From: an uncultured bacterium
GTDB taxonomy: Bacteria; Bdellovibrionota_C; UBA2361; SZUA-149; CALKYB01
Direction: 5' to 3'
Length of the DNA stretch: 27,209 nucleotides
NCBI GenBank assembly: GCA_938003565.1
Contig: CALKYB010000300.1
Location: forward strand, 1 to 27,209
Shown here: one piece after another, positions 17,657 to 26,904 of the stretch
How the letters are laid out: each line of letters starts with the position of its first letter
Numbering within the stretch: the stretch's first letter is position 1
Notes under the pieces: model-generated
What the model was told of the DNA's origin: nothing
Database searches by the model: none
The model's input: the letters and a program-made list of their open reading frames with translations, nothing else
Translations under genes and position numbers: made by a program

Positions 17657-18859
17657 TCACCAAGATACCGCAGCTGACCTCTCCAATTGAAGCAAATTAG
17701 AATACGCCGTCGACGTGCCCTTTACTAACCGACCATCTCGACCTCGAGTGTTTGCTGCTTTCCACAGAAGGTTTTTGGCATGGGTCATGATATCGTCCTG
17801 CCTGGTCGATAGAATCTTTCCAACCGCGGCATTATTGTAAATTGCCACATATAGTTCAGGGTTTTCATACTGACCTACCCGTGCAGCAGCCTCTCCCATG
17901 AACTTCTCGACACAAAGGTCAAGTTCATCCATAAATTCAAGTTCATGATATTTTAATAGAAATGACGTCCCCAACAAATAGCTAATAAAGCCTCTTGGAG
18001 TATTTGAAGCCCATAAGCCATGGGACTCCACGATTCTTCGCAGGTTAAGATAAACTCCATGTTTTAGTGAATAAGCATTTCGAATCTCAGATTCATTCTC
18101 AGAACTTAGTTTAGTCAATTCCTCAGCTGAATTTCCAGCATTGAGGGCTTTACCAAACCAGGAAATAAAACTAAAAGCTAACAACTGATCTTGGGTTGGA
18201 AGAGCTACTGAGCGGGGTCCTTTAAGAAGCAAATAGTCCAAACCAGAAGCTCGATCTTTGACCAACATGCTCTCTTGTAAAACCCCAGGATCCACATAGT
18301 TTCTAAAAACCAAAGGTGTAGAGTTGCCTTGTCCAGCGATGCTAAGCTTAGTATTCGAGAGTAAATGGAGATAATCTGACCTAGGAAACAACTCTAACCA
18401 CCTAGAGTTACCGCTAATTAAAAGGCTCACATTAGGATTATTCGACAACCAACTCTCCCTCTCAGAGTTCAAACCAAGATCCCTATCAAGAAAATTAAGG
18501 GGTGCAGCCTTTCTACGCCGCTCAAATTTTTTATAATTCCTTAGGAAAACTCGAACTTCTTCCAAATCGGGATCGTCACTTAAATGGGAAATCTGCATCC
18601 CTCGAGAGTTCCCAAAAGTTAGAAAATCAAAAGCTGAAAAGGACATCAGCAACCAGATACCCAAAGGCAATAACATAAGTCCACTTGAGGGGGTTTTTAA
18701 CTTCCTCAACAAAAAGAATAAACCGAGGGAAAAAACTGGAAATGCAAATAACTGGAGTTCTTCAACTGACGACCCAAACCAAAGAGCCAAAATTGAAATC
18801 AAGGCGCAGCAAAGTAGGGCAACACCGATCCAAAAAACATATTTTAAATCTATATCCAT
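17657..18859 (-). CDS. Hypothetical membrane protein (3 N-terminal TMs, large soluble domain, possible C-terminal TPR-like helices)
   Basis: 400-aa ORF with ATG start filling the gap between purL and the kinase; three hydrophobic segments in the first 80 aa; helical YVAIYNNAAVGKIL..AKNLLWKAA..AYSNLLQL. No family recognised. Confidence 0.65.
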   Translation of the reverse strand: MDIDLKYVFWIGVALLCCALISILALWFGSSVEELQLFAFPVFSLGLFFLLRKLKTPSSGLMLLPLGIWLLMSFSAFDFLTFGNSRGMQISHLSDDPDLEEVRVFLRNYKKFERRRKAAPLNFLDRDLGLNSERESWLSNNPNVSLLISGNSRWLELFPRSDYLHLLSNTKLSIAGQGNSTPLVFRNYVDPGVLQESMLVKDRASGLDYLLLKGPRSVALPTQDQLLAFSFISWFGKALNAGNSAEELTKLSSENESEIRNAYSLKHGVYLNLRRIVESHGLWASNTPRGFISYLLGTSFLLKYHELEFMDELDLCVEKFMGEAAARVGQYENPELYVAIYNNAAVGKILSTRQDDIMTHAKNLLWKAANTRGRDGRLVKGTSTAYSNLLQLERSAAVSW

Positions 18860-19072
18860 AGGAGCAGGTTTTGCATTTTACTAGGGGTCTAAAAGCTCCA
18901 AAAATTGTTTAATTGTTGATTAAAATCCAAACCCGAAGAAGCTTGGGAATCCTCTAAGATACTTTTGAGGATTACAAGTATTTGTTTAAAATGCTAGTGT
19001 CCGTTCTAGAATAGGCCCCTCTTTTACTAAAAAGATTGGAAATTAATACTCAGAAGTCTTTAGGCTACATTA

Positions 19073-20323
19073 ATGACTAAATTGCAGTTCATTGGACAGA
19101 GAAGTGCAAAACCTAACTTTTCCTGTCGAGATTACGCCAGCGGTGAAAAGCTATCCGATTTAATACATAAGATAGGTCATGATATTGGCAATCCCCTAAC
19201 TTCTATCATTTCCCTTGGGTCTCTACTACAAAGGATCTGTTCTGAAAGTCAGAGCAGTTCTCAAAATGAGATGTTTAACAATGATAAACTCTCACTCTAC
19301 CTCGACTCAATGGTTAAGGAAGCTTGGAGAATTGGAAGTATAAATGAAAGGATGGTCATCCTGTTGTCCAACCGACCCAATAACCAAGAACTTGCACCAG
19401 TAGCTAGAATTTGCGAGCGAGCAATTCAAAAACTTCAAAATACGGACGAATTTGAAAATATAAATGTTGATTTTGAACTATCCTCAGAGGAGCTGAGTAT
19501 CCAAATTGATCCAGCTCAGTTTCAGGTCTTAATCTCAGAATTATTGAGAAACGCTTATGAGTGGAGTAAAGATCTTGAGTCAGAATCAAGTATTTCAGTT
19601 GTAGCTTTCACCGACAAAGAAGGTAAAACTAACATCGAAATCAACAATGAATTTGATGCCAATCTTCCTAAAGATTTAGAAAGTCTGTTTTTACCGTTCG
19701 AGAAAGGCTCTTCAAGTAGTAAAAACATTGGCCTCGGCCTCACAGTTGCGTGGGCTATCGTTGAAAGAGCCGGCGGAAGTGTTGAGATTTCAGAAAGAGC
19801 GATTGCTGCAAAACGAATCTTTACTACACGGATCGCTGTGCCATCAAAGCTAGTAGAAATAGACCTTAGCTCCAACCAGAACATAAAGAAAGATGATGAT
19901 AGTCAAATTCCTCAAGAAACTTCAGTTCTAATCATAGAAGATGAATCAACAGTAGCTACGGCAATTGCTAGAATCTTGTCTGTAACTTTGGGAAAACAGT
20001 CTAGCCTTGAAACAAAAATTGTTTCAGGTAAAGAAGCATTGGAATTATTTAAAAATAATAAATACTTTGATGCTATTCTTTGCGACTTAAACCTAGCTGA
20101 TATTAACGGAATGGAAATATACCAATATCTCCAAAAAGAATCTCCCGATGTTGTTCAAAGGCTTGCCTTCGTGACCGGTGATCAAAACACTCCAGAGATA
20201 CAACATTTTCTAAAATCTTCCGGCTGCCCCTACCTTCATAAACCTTTTGAAACAGAGGACCTACTGGAAATTGTCACAAAACTTGTCCTGCACTCCAGTC
20301 AGTCTAGAGCTAGGAAACTATAG
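19073..20323 (+). CDS. Cytoplasmic hybrid histidine kinase-receiver lacking an input domain
   Basis: H-box HDIGNPLTSI at about residue 36, N-box ELLRNAYE, F-box LFLPF, IGLGL; receiver with IIEDE, LCDLNL, FVTG and KPF. Confidence 0.88.
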   Translation: MTKLQFIGQRSAKPNFSCRDYASGEKLSDLIHKIGHDIGNPLTSIISLGSLLQRICSESQSSSQNEMFNNDKLSLYLDSMVKEAWRIGSINERMVILLSNRPNNQELAPVARICERAIQKLQNTDEFENINVDFELSSEELSIQIDPAQFQVLISELLRNAYEWSKDLESESSISVVAFTDKEGKTNIEINNEFDANLPKDLESLFLPFEKGSSSSKNIGLGLTVAWAIVERAGGSVEISERAIAAKRIFTTRIAVPSKLVEIDLSSNQNIKKDDDSQIPQETSVLIIEDESTVATAIARILSVTLGKQSSLETKIVSGKEALELFKNNKYFDAILCDLNLADINGMEIYQYLQKESPDVVQRLAFVTGDQNTPEIQHFLKSSGCPYLHKPFETEDLLEIVTKLVLHSSQSRARKL

Positions 20324-20324
20324 C

Positions 20325-20855
20325 ATGGCTATTAGAAGAATTATTCACTATCCTGACCCCGTATTGAGAGAGGATTGCAAAGTCATTGAGAATACGACAG
20401 ATGAAATTCGAGATCTCTTGAGCGACATGGCAGAGACAATGTATGACGCGCCTGGTATCGGTCTAGCTGCCCCTCAAATTGGCATTCCTATTAGGGCAAT
20501 CGTTGTAGATGTAGGAAGTAACAAAGAATCCGGTAGGGAATCTAAACTTTATAAGATTCTGAATCCCGAAATAGTGCAAAGCGAAGGAGAAGTCCGCGGA
20601 GAAGAGGGTTGTCTCAGTATACCGGATGTAAACGAAGAAGTAAGTAGGTTTGAAACCGTAGTAGTAAAAGGCCTCAACGAAAATGGAGATGAATTGCTAA
20701 TAGAGGCCGATGGCATGCTCTCAATTTGCCTTCAGCACGAAATAGATCATTTAGATGGCGTGCTTTTTACTGACTATCTCAAAGGAGTGAGAAAAGAATT
20801 AGTTAAAAGTAAACTAAAAAAACTTACAAAACTTTACAAAAAAACTAAGGCCTAA
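20325..20855 (+). CDS. def: Peptide deformylase
   Basis: GIGLAAPQIG, EGCLS and QHEIDHLDG motifs. Start taken at ATG 20325 (MAIRR), 1 nt after the kinase stop. Confidence 0.97.
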   Translation: MAIRRIIHYPDPVLREDCKVIENTTDEIRDLLSDMAETMYDAPGIGLAAPQIGIPIRAIVVDVGSNKESGRESKLYKILNPEIVQSEGEVRGEEGCLSIPDVNEEVSRFETVVVKGLNENGDELLIEADGMLSICLQHEIDHLDGVLFTDYLKGVRKELVKSKLKKLTKLYKKTKA

Positions 20856-21001
20856 AGTAAGCGTACAGGGAAACAAATTTAGCAATATGCAAGACCTTCT
20901 CCACAACCCAAAGCCCCATTTCAGCGGCCAGCACCCGATAGGCTTTACAAATAATGGTCACATAGATAAATTTCTCAACACCCCTCTCAAATCACCAAGC
21001 T

Positions 21002-21994
21002 ATGCCTGAGAGTATTATATACCTAGGAACTCCCGAGTTTGCGGTCCCTCCATTGCAGATGTTAGCTGCGGACCACAGTTATCGAATAGCAGCCGTTTTG
21101 ACTCAACCAGACAAACCAGCCGGACGTGGTCAAAAGTTACAACCTTCCCCCGTTAAGGTGGCCGCCCAATCCTTGGGGCTCAATGTTCTACAACCAAAAT
21201 CTTTAAAAAACCTTACTCACAAAGGCGAGCTTATTGAAGGTGGGGAACTAGGTGATGCATTAGCAAAACTAGGGCCGTTGAAAGCTGCTGTGGTCGTGGC
21301 TTATGGAAAATTAATTCCCGAGGCACTACTCTCCTATCCAGAGTTCGGAGCAATTAATATACACCCCTCTCTACTTCCTCTTTGGAGAGGAGCTGCTCCG
21401 CTACAAAGAGCAATATTTAGCGGCGCTAAGAAAAGTGGTAACTGCATAATGCAACTCGATAGCGGTCTTGACACTGGGCCAGTTTTCGCTTGCGAGGAGT
21501 GTAGTATTTGTCCAACTGACAACACAAAAGATTTACATGACAAACTGTCAACCCTATCCACCTCTTTACTTAAAACCAGCCTTCCTCTGATCCTCGCCGG
21601 TAAACTAAAATCAACCCCACAACCAGAGGGAGGCCATAGCTACGCAGAAAAGTGGAGTAATGAAGACTCAACAATCAATTGGCAGGAATCTGCTGAAACT
21701 ACATCCTTAAGGGTCAGAGCCTCTGCCCCAAGACCCGGAGCAAGAACTACTTTAAACGGCGAAATGGTTAAAATAATTGAAGCTCTACCCTGCTCGAACC
21801 TAAACTATAGCCCCGAAGAGCCAGGCTCAATCGTAGAATTAAATAAAGCAGAACTTATAGTCCAATGCGGAGAGTCTAGCTTCTTATCGATAGATAAAAT
21901 TCAATTTCCAGGGAAAAAGCCTATATCAATTGCCGATTCAATAAACGGAGGCTATATTAAAAAATCTTTTCGTTTTAAATCCAACTCTCACTAG
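21002..21994 (+). CDS. fmt: Methionyl-tRNA formyltransferase
   Basis: YLGTPEFAV, TQPDKPAGRG, VVVAYG, NIHPSLLP.WRGAAP and LDSGLDTG motifs; follows def. Confidence 0.97.
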   Translation: MPESIIYLGTPEFAVPPLQMLAADHSYRIAAVLTQPDKPAGRGQKLQPSPVKVAAQSLGLNVLQPKSLKNLTHKGELIEGGELGDALAKLGPLKAAVVVAYGKLIPEALLSYPEFGAINIHPSLLPLWRGAAPLQRAIFSGAKKSGNCIMQLDSGLDTGPVFACEECSICPTDNTKDLHDKLSTLSTSLLKTSLPLILAGKLKSTPQPEGGHSYAEKWSNEDSTINWQESAETTSLRVRASAPRPGARTTLNGEMVKIIEALPCSNLNYSPEEPGSIVELNKAELIVQCGESSFLSIDKIQFPGKKPISIADSINGGYIKKSFRFKSNSH

Positions 21995-22006
21995 CTATGA
22001 AATGGA

Positions 22007-23329
22007 ATGTTTTCTAACGAGGACCTTCTATTCAAGCTTAGATTATGCCAACAATCGATGAATATTGAATCATTCTTCACACGGCAATATTCCCTTCTAA
22101 CATTCACATTTGTTGGAATAGTCTTAATGCTCTTTAGCATTTTTACCCACCCCATTGTATCAGACCTTTTTGAATCTGAAGTATGGCGCGGTATCGATTT
22201 TAATCACTATTATGCGACGTCAGTACTGGTCTTGGACGGAAAAATTCCTTACGGCATTCCATTTTCCTCTCTTGGCCTAGAAGAGCATTTTTCATTCTCA
22301 GAGGCGGCATCGATACCCAAGGCAACTAATCCTCCCGCGCTAGCGGTTTTCCTAGCTCCGCTCGCCCTTCTAAAACCTTTACCAGCATGGATCACCTGGC
22401 AACTCAGTTTGCTACTCTATGCGATTCTCACAGTCTACCTTTCGCTAAAATTCTTTAAACTTAACTTATCTAAACATGCCTTAGTCTTATTTATTATAGG
22501 TACTATTTTCAGCCCCCCCTTTGTTCAATGCTTCAAATTCTCTCAGATAGGCCTGTTCCTAACTCTTCTAACTATAGCCGGAGCTCATTTTACTAAAACT
22601 GGAAAGTTAGGCCTTTCAGGAGCTATGTGGGGGCTGGCGATAGCACTAAAATACTACTTTTGGCCCCTCGGTTTGTATGCATTTCTTTTTGGTGACGCTC
22701 GACAACGCACATGGCTGATAGTTTCTTTCTTAGGATTCTCAATCCTACCCGTAATCATATTTGGTCCTGAAATTTACTACGCGTTTTACCAAGAAGGGTT
22801 ACCAATTGTTAAAGAATGGCAACTGACGAATCAAAATTTCAATTTTTTTATAGCAACCGAACGTATCACGAAGTACTTCTTTGACTTCGATTTATTTTAT
22901 GAAAAGTCTAGGAGCTTTTTCGTGATCCTAGTTAGCTCTATAGTAAGCTTATTAATCGCAATTAACCTAGGTTTTAGAAATAAAGCTATAGAGCACAATT
23001 TCACAGTTCTTTGCACTGTATCTACACTACTTGCCCCGGTAGCATGGGATCACTACCACACGATTTTAATATTTCCCGCTTGCTACATTCTCTCGTATTT
23101 TGGGGAAAATAAATTCAAATTTTTTCTCTCCGGCCTTCTGCTTTACGCCCTTTGGATCATTCTTCCATACCATCCATTTTTCCGAGGTCAGTTAACAGGC
23201 CTGCGTTGGTTTTGGTTTTTCGGTCAATACACAATCCTCTCGTGTCTATCTCTCATTACCCTCTCAACTCTTAGTAGAAAACTTGTGTGGAATCGAGACT
23301 CTCTGCCTAAACAACATCAATCAGTATAG
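22007..23329 (+). CDS. Second GT87/DUF2029-like GT-C glycosyltransferase
   Basis: GIDFNHYY, TNPPALAVFLAPL, SQIGLFL, AIALKYY and WDHYH motifs; about 10 TMs. Alternative start at 22058. Confidence 0.8.
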   Translation: MFSNEDLLFKLRLCQQSMNIESFFTRQYSLLTFTFVGIVLMLFSIFTHPIVSDLFESEVWRGIDFNHYYATSVLVLDGKIPYGIPFSSLGLEEHFSFSEAASIPKATNPPALAVFLAPLALLKPLPAWITWQLSLLLYAILTVYLSLKFFKLNLSKHALVLFIIGTIFSPPFVQCFKFSQIGLFLTLLTIAGAHFTKTGKLGLSGAMWGLAIALKYYFWPLGLYAFLFGDARQRTWLIVSFLGFSILPVIIFGPEIYYAFYQEGLPIVKEWQLTNQNFNFFIATERITKYFFDFDLFYEKSRSFFVILVSSIVSLLIAINLGFRNKAIEHNFTVLCTVSTLLAPVAWDHYHTILIFPACYILSYFGENKFKFFLSGLLLYALWIILPYHPFFRGQLTGLRWFWFFGQYTILSCLSLITLSTLSRKLVWNRDSLPKQHQSV

Positions 23330-23374
23330 AAAAACTGCGTATTGTCTACTGAAACCACAACGAATTTATGGTGT

Positions 23375-23402
23375 TTGAGTATCCTTCACCCAGAGGTATA
23401 AT
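23375..23402 (+). promoter_or_regulatory. Putative sigma70 promoter for rpe-plsY
   Basis: TTGAGT (23375-23380), 16 nt spacer, TATAAT (23397-23402), about 96 nt upstream of the rpe start. Confidence 0.55.
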
Positions 23403-23498
23403 GAAAATTAGAAGCCGCCCCAACCAAGTTTACTTTTCTATAGATACGTTCTAAAGAATTACTAGTGAAATTACTCAACAACGAAGGATTTAAGATTC

Positions 23499-24161
23499 TT
23501 GAACAGTTCAGCTAATATTAAAGTTGCTCCCTCTGTCTTGGCGGCTGACTGGGGAAGTCTAGAAAATGAGATCTCTAAAGCTGAGCAAGGCGGCGCGGAT
23601 CTAATACACCTTGACGTCATGGACGGTCATTTTGTACCTCCCATAACTTTTGGTGCCTCCTTTGTTAAAACTATTCGGAAACTTACTAAGCTGCCCTTAG
23701 ATGTTCACTTAATGATTGAAAAACCTGATCTCCACATCGACTCCTTTGTCGAAGCGGGTGCGGATATTATCACTGTCCATCAAGAAGCTTGTCCTCACTT
23801 ACATAGAGCTCTCCAGTCAATAAAAGAAAAAGGGCTTAAGGCAGGAGTAGCACTAAATCCTAGCACTCCTGTTTCATTCCTAAGACCCGTCACAGAGTTA
23901 ATTGACTTAGTTTGCCTAATGACTGTAAATCCTGGTTGGGGTGGCCAGTCATTTATTGAAACCTCAGTAGAGAAAGTAGCAGAAACCAAAAAGTTATTTA
24001 CAAATCATTCCATCGATATCGAAGTAGATGGCGGTATAACACCAAAAACGGCAGCAAAAGTAATCCAAGCTGGCGCCAATATCCTGGTAGCGGGAACTGC
24101 TGTTTTCGGTAGCGGTGACTACCAAGCGACTATTTCGGCAATACGCTCCTCCAAAACATGA
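23499..24161 (+). CDS. rpe: Ribulose-phosphate 3-epimerase
   Basis: APSVLAAD, HLDVMDGHFVP, DVHLMI, MTVNPGWGGQ, EVDGG and LVAGTAVF motifs; TTG start. Confidence 0.97.
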   Translation: MNSSANIKVAPSVLAADWGSLENEISKAEQGGADLIHLDVMDGHFVPPITFGASFVKTIRKLTKLPLDVHLMIEKPDLHIDSFVEAGADIITVHQEACPHLHRALQSIKEKGLKAGVALNPSTPVSFLRPVTELIDLVCLMTVNPGWGGQSFIETSVEKVAETKKLFTNHSIDIEVDGGITPKTAAKVIQAGANILVAGTAVFGSGDYQATISAIRSSKT

Positions 24162-24787
24162 CAACCTATCTTCTCCTTTTAGTTGTTTCTTTCCTAATTG
24201 GCTCAATTCCTGCTGGATATTTAATTGGCCGAGCGTTGGGAAAAGACATTCGCACTGAAGGTAGTGGGAATACCGGAGCTACCAACGCGGCAAGAACGCT
24301 CGGCAAAAAAGCTGGTTTATTAACCTTATTGGCCGATACCTTGAAAGGGGCTATTGCTACCCTACTTCCTTTGTTTATAAAAGTCGGTCAACTAAAATGG
24401 GGGTCAGCCTCACCCGAGGATCTTATCGATATTCAAAGCTCTCTAGGCTTTGCTGCAATCCTCGGTCACTGCTACTCACCTTTTTTAAAATTCAAAGGAG
24501 GAAAAGGAGTTGCCACAAGCTTGGGGGTCTTCTTAATGATCGCACCCATCGAAACACTTATAGCAGCTATTGTCTTTCTAGCTACAGTTAAGCTGACTTA
24601 TTATGTTTCCCTAGGATCGATTACTGCTGTGGCCACGTTCTCCATGTTAGTTTGCAATCAATTATTGCACACTTTTAACGGTCTGACTGTGTCCCTATCA
24701 ATCCTAACAGCAGCCCTAATAATTTCCCGACACAAGGAAAACATTAAACGTCTCATCAAAAAAACGGAAAACAAATTCCGACTTTAG
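24158..24787 (+). CDS. plsY: Glycerol-3-phosphate 1-O-acyltransferase PlsY
   Basis: GSIP, DIRTEGSGNTGATN, DTLKG, GHCYSPF..GGKGVAT and RHKENIKRL motifs; ATGA overlap with rpe. Confidence 0.96.
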   Translation: MTTYLLLLVVSFLIGSIPAGYLIGRALGKDIRTEGSGNTGATNAARTLGKKAGLLTLLADTLKGAIATLLPLFIKVGQLKWGSASPEDLIDIQSSLGFAAILGHCYSPFLKFKGGKGVATSLGVFLMIAPIETLIAAIVFLATVKLTYYVSLGSITAVATFSMLVCNQLLHTFNGLTVSLSILTAALIISRHKENIKRLIKKTENKFRL

Positions 24788-24993
24788 GCCGGCTCTAAAC
24801 CTTGCGGAATAAAGTGGGATAATGTCCCATTATCCCACATAACTGTCACAGTCTCCGTAGGTGGCTCTTGCTCATCACTATTCTTCTTAATGGAATCATG
24901 TACTGTTTCGACTCTCACTTTCTCAACAGTGCCTACCGGCCCATGAATACCCTTTCTTTTCACTCTATCGCCAATTGAAAATTTCTCTGCCAT
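24784..24993 (-). CDS. Small hypothetical protein, SH3/KOW-like beta-barrel (DUF2158/DUF4314-like pattern)
   Basis: FSIGDRVKRK..GPVGTV and VTVMWDNG patterns; ATG start; convergent 4-nt overlap with plsY. Confidence 0.6.
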   Translation of the reverse strand: MAEKFSIGDRVKRKGIHGPVGTVEKVRVETVHDSIKKNSDEQEPPTETVTVMWDNGTLSHFIPQGLEPA

Positions 24994-25326
24994 ACATACC
25001 CTAAATTCGAAACGTTTTTGAAAACGCTAAAACTCTACTAAAAAATATAAATTAACAACACCTACTTCATTGAACTAATTTACCTCAAAACAGCTATACA
25101 AATTAGATGAAGCAAAACCCAAAACGATACCAAAGCTTATCTATTTTCTCTTCATCATAATTGTAGACATCAGAATTCTACAGCCTCAGGGATATAAGAT
25201 ACCAATCTCTCGCCCCTAATACACAGAAAATACAGAGTATTTCTTCTTTCAACTTAAAGTTACTAGCGATAAAATATACTTCGAATTCTTGAACAACTTT
25301 TCCTCTAAAACGCATCTCAATAACTG

Positions 25327-25353
25327 GAGCCAACTAAATAAAGTTTTTGGCTC
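25327..25353. promoter_or_regulatory. Palindrome GAGCCA-N15-TGGCTC, copy 2 (upstream of clpX)
   Basis: gagccaa-ctaaataaagttt-ttggctc, 64 nt before the clpX GTG; same arms and spacing as 8937-8963. Confidence 0.45.
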
Positions 25354-25417
25354 TTTCAGATTCTAAAAAACGATCTAAAAATAATTTGTTGAACGATATT
25401 TTCAAAGGTTTCGAGTT

Positions 25418-26680
25418 GTGATTGGAAAAAACGATAAATTGTCTAGAAACCCTCTACTTCAGTGCTCTTTCTGTGGAAAGGCTCAAGAAGAGGTTCAAAA
25501 ATTAGTTGCAGGACCAAGTGTCTATATCTGTGACGAATGTGTTGACCTCTGTAATGACATCCTAAGTGAAGAACTGAAATCCAATACAACCTCTGAGTTC
25601 TCAGAAGGCGTTCCCACTCCACCTGAAATCAAAGAACACCTCGACCAGTATGTTATCGGTCAAGAAAGTGCAAAAAGAATTCTTTCGGTTGCTGTGCACA
25701 ATCACTACAAAAGAATCGAGAACGCCGGACGTGACAAAGACGAAGTTGAAATTCAAAAATCAAATATATTACTTCTAGGACCGACTGGATCAGGAAAAAC
25801 TCTTCTAGCTCAAACCTTGGCTAAAATGCTCGACGTGCCTTTCACAATAGCTGATGCGACTAATTTAACCGAAGCTGGGTATGTTGGAGAAGACGTAGAA
25901 AATATTATTGTTAGCCTTCTGCAATCAGCCGATTACGACGTAGATAAAGCACAAAAAGGAATTATCTATATAGATGAGATTGACAAAATTTCGAGAAAAT
26001 CAGAAAGACCTTCGGTAACTCGAGATGTCTCTGGTGAAGGTGTACAACAAGCTCTACTAAAATTGGTAGAAGGAACTGTAGCGAATATACCGCCAAAAGG
26101 TGGCCGGAAACACCCTCAACAAGAGATGTTGCAGGTTGATACTTCGAATATTCTATTTATATGCGGTGGAGCATTTGCGGGACTAGAGCAGATTGTAAAG
26201 CAACGGCTAGGCTCAAAAGAAATTGGCTTTGGCTCCAAAGTCGTTTCAATTAACGATGATGAAATAAACATATTCGATGAAGCTAAGCCAAAGGATCTAC
26301 TGTCCTTCGGACTAATTCCAGAGTTTATTGGAAGACTGCCAGTCGTAGCATCCTTAGAACAACTCAAAGAAGAAGACTTGATTCGAGTCCTAACTGAACC
26401 CAAAAATGCTCTGATCAAACAATATATAAAACTTTTCAACTACAGTGATGTGAAGCTGGATTTCACAGAAAAGGCACTCAATGCCCTCGCTAAAAAAGCC
26501 ATAGAGTTAAAAACAGGGGCTCGAGGACTACGGGCAATCTTGGAGGAAATACTGCTCGACACGATGTACGAGGTTCCGGCCTGTAAGGAAGTTTCTGAAG
26601 TGACCGTGGATGAAGACACTGTTACTGAAGGGGCGGCACCTGCAAGAACACTGGAAAAAGACACTGCGAATGCGAGCTAA
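25418..26680 (+). CDS. clpX: ATP-dependent Clp protease ATP-binding subunit ClpX
   Basis: Zn-binding [15 protein letters not shown], Walker [13 protein letters not shown] pore loop, Walker [21 protein letters not shown] loop and TGARGLR; GTG start. Confidence 0.99.
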   Translation: MIGKNDKLSRNPLLQCSFCGKAQEEVQKLVAGPSVYICDECVDLCNDILSEELKSNTTSEFSEGVPTPPEIKEHLDQYVIGQESAKRILSVAVHNHYKRIENAGRDKDEVEIQKSNILLLGPTGSGKTLLAQTLAKMLDVPFTIADATNLTEAGYVGEDVENIIVSLLQSADYDVDKAQKGIIYIDEIDKISRKSERPSVTRDVSGEGVQQALLKLVEGTVANIPPKGGRKHPQQEMLQVDTSNILFICGGAFAGLEQIVKQRLGSKEIGFGSKVVSINDDEINIFDEAKPKDLLSFGLIPEFIGRLPVVASLEQLKEEDLIRVLTEPKNALIKQYIKLFNYSDVKLDFTEKALNALAKKAIELKTGARGLRAILEEILLDTMYEVPACKEVSEVTVDEDTVTEGAAPARTLEKDTANAS

Positions 26681-26705
26681 CATACGCTGCCTACTATAAT
26701 TTTTA

Positions 26706-26904
26706 TTATCTAGTTAAAATCTAAGGCAGGCATATTCCTCGCCTACGCTCAGCTGTACTCGTGCACAAAAGAATACGCAGCAATGAGTCTTCTTAGATTT
26801 AGTCTAGAAAACTAAACTCGCTACCTGAGCAGCCCTACATTAGCCTGCGACTTTGTGAGCAAGTAGTTACTCCACACTCAATCAACTTTCTAAGACTAAA
26901 TCTA
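26706..26904. repeat. Three degenerate ~18-19-bp units in alternating orientation downstream of clpX
   Basis: 26793-26811 ttagatttagtctagaaaa; 26887-26904 is its inverted copy with a 1-nt insertion; the reverse complement of 26706-26724 (ttagattttaactagataa) matches the first unit at 15 of 19 positions. Confidence 0.55.

Noticed and set aside
85-26664. Short antisense or nested ORFs from the track (e.g. 85..306, 2940..3209, 7139..7462, 19555..19884, 26116..26439)
   Set aside because: They lie within well-supported genes on the opposite strand or frame and have shadow-ORF composition with no motifs.
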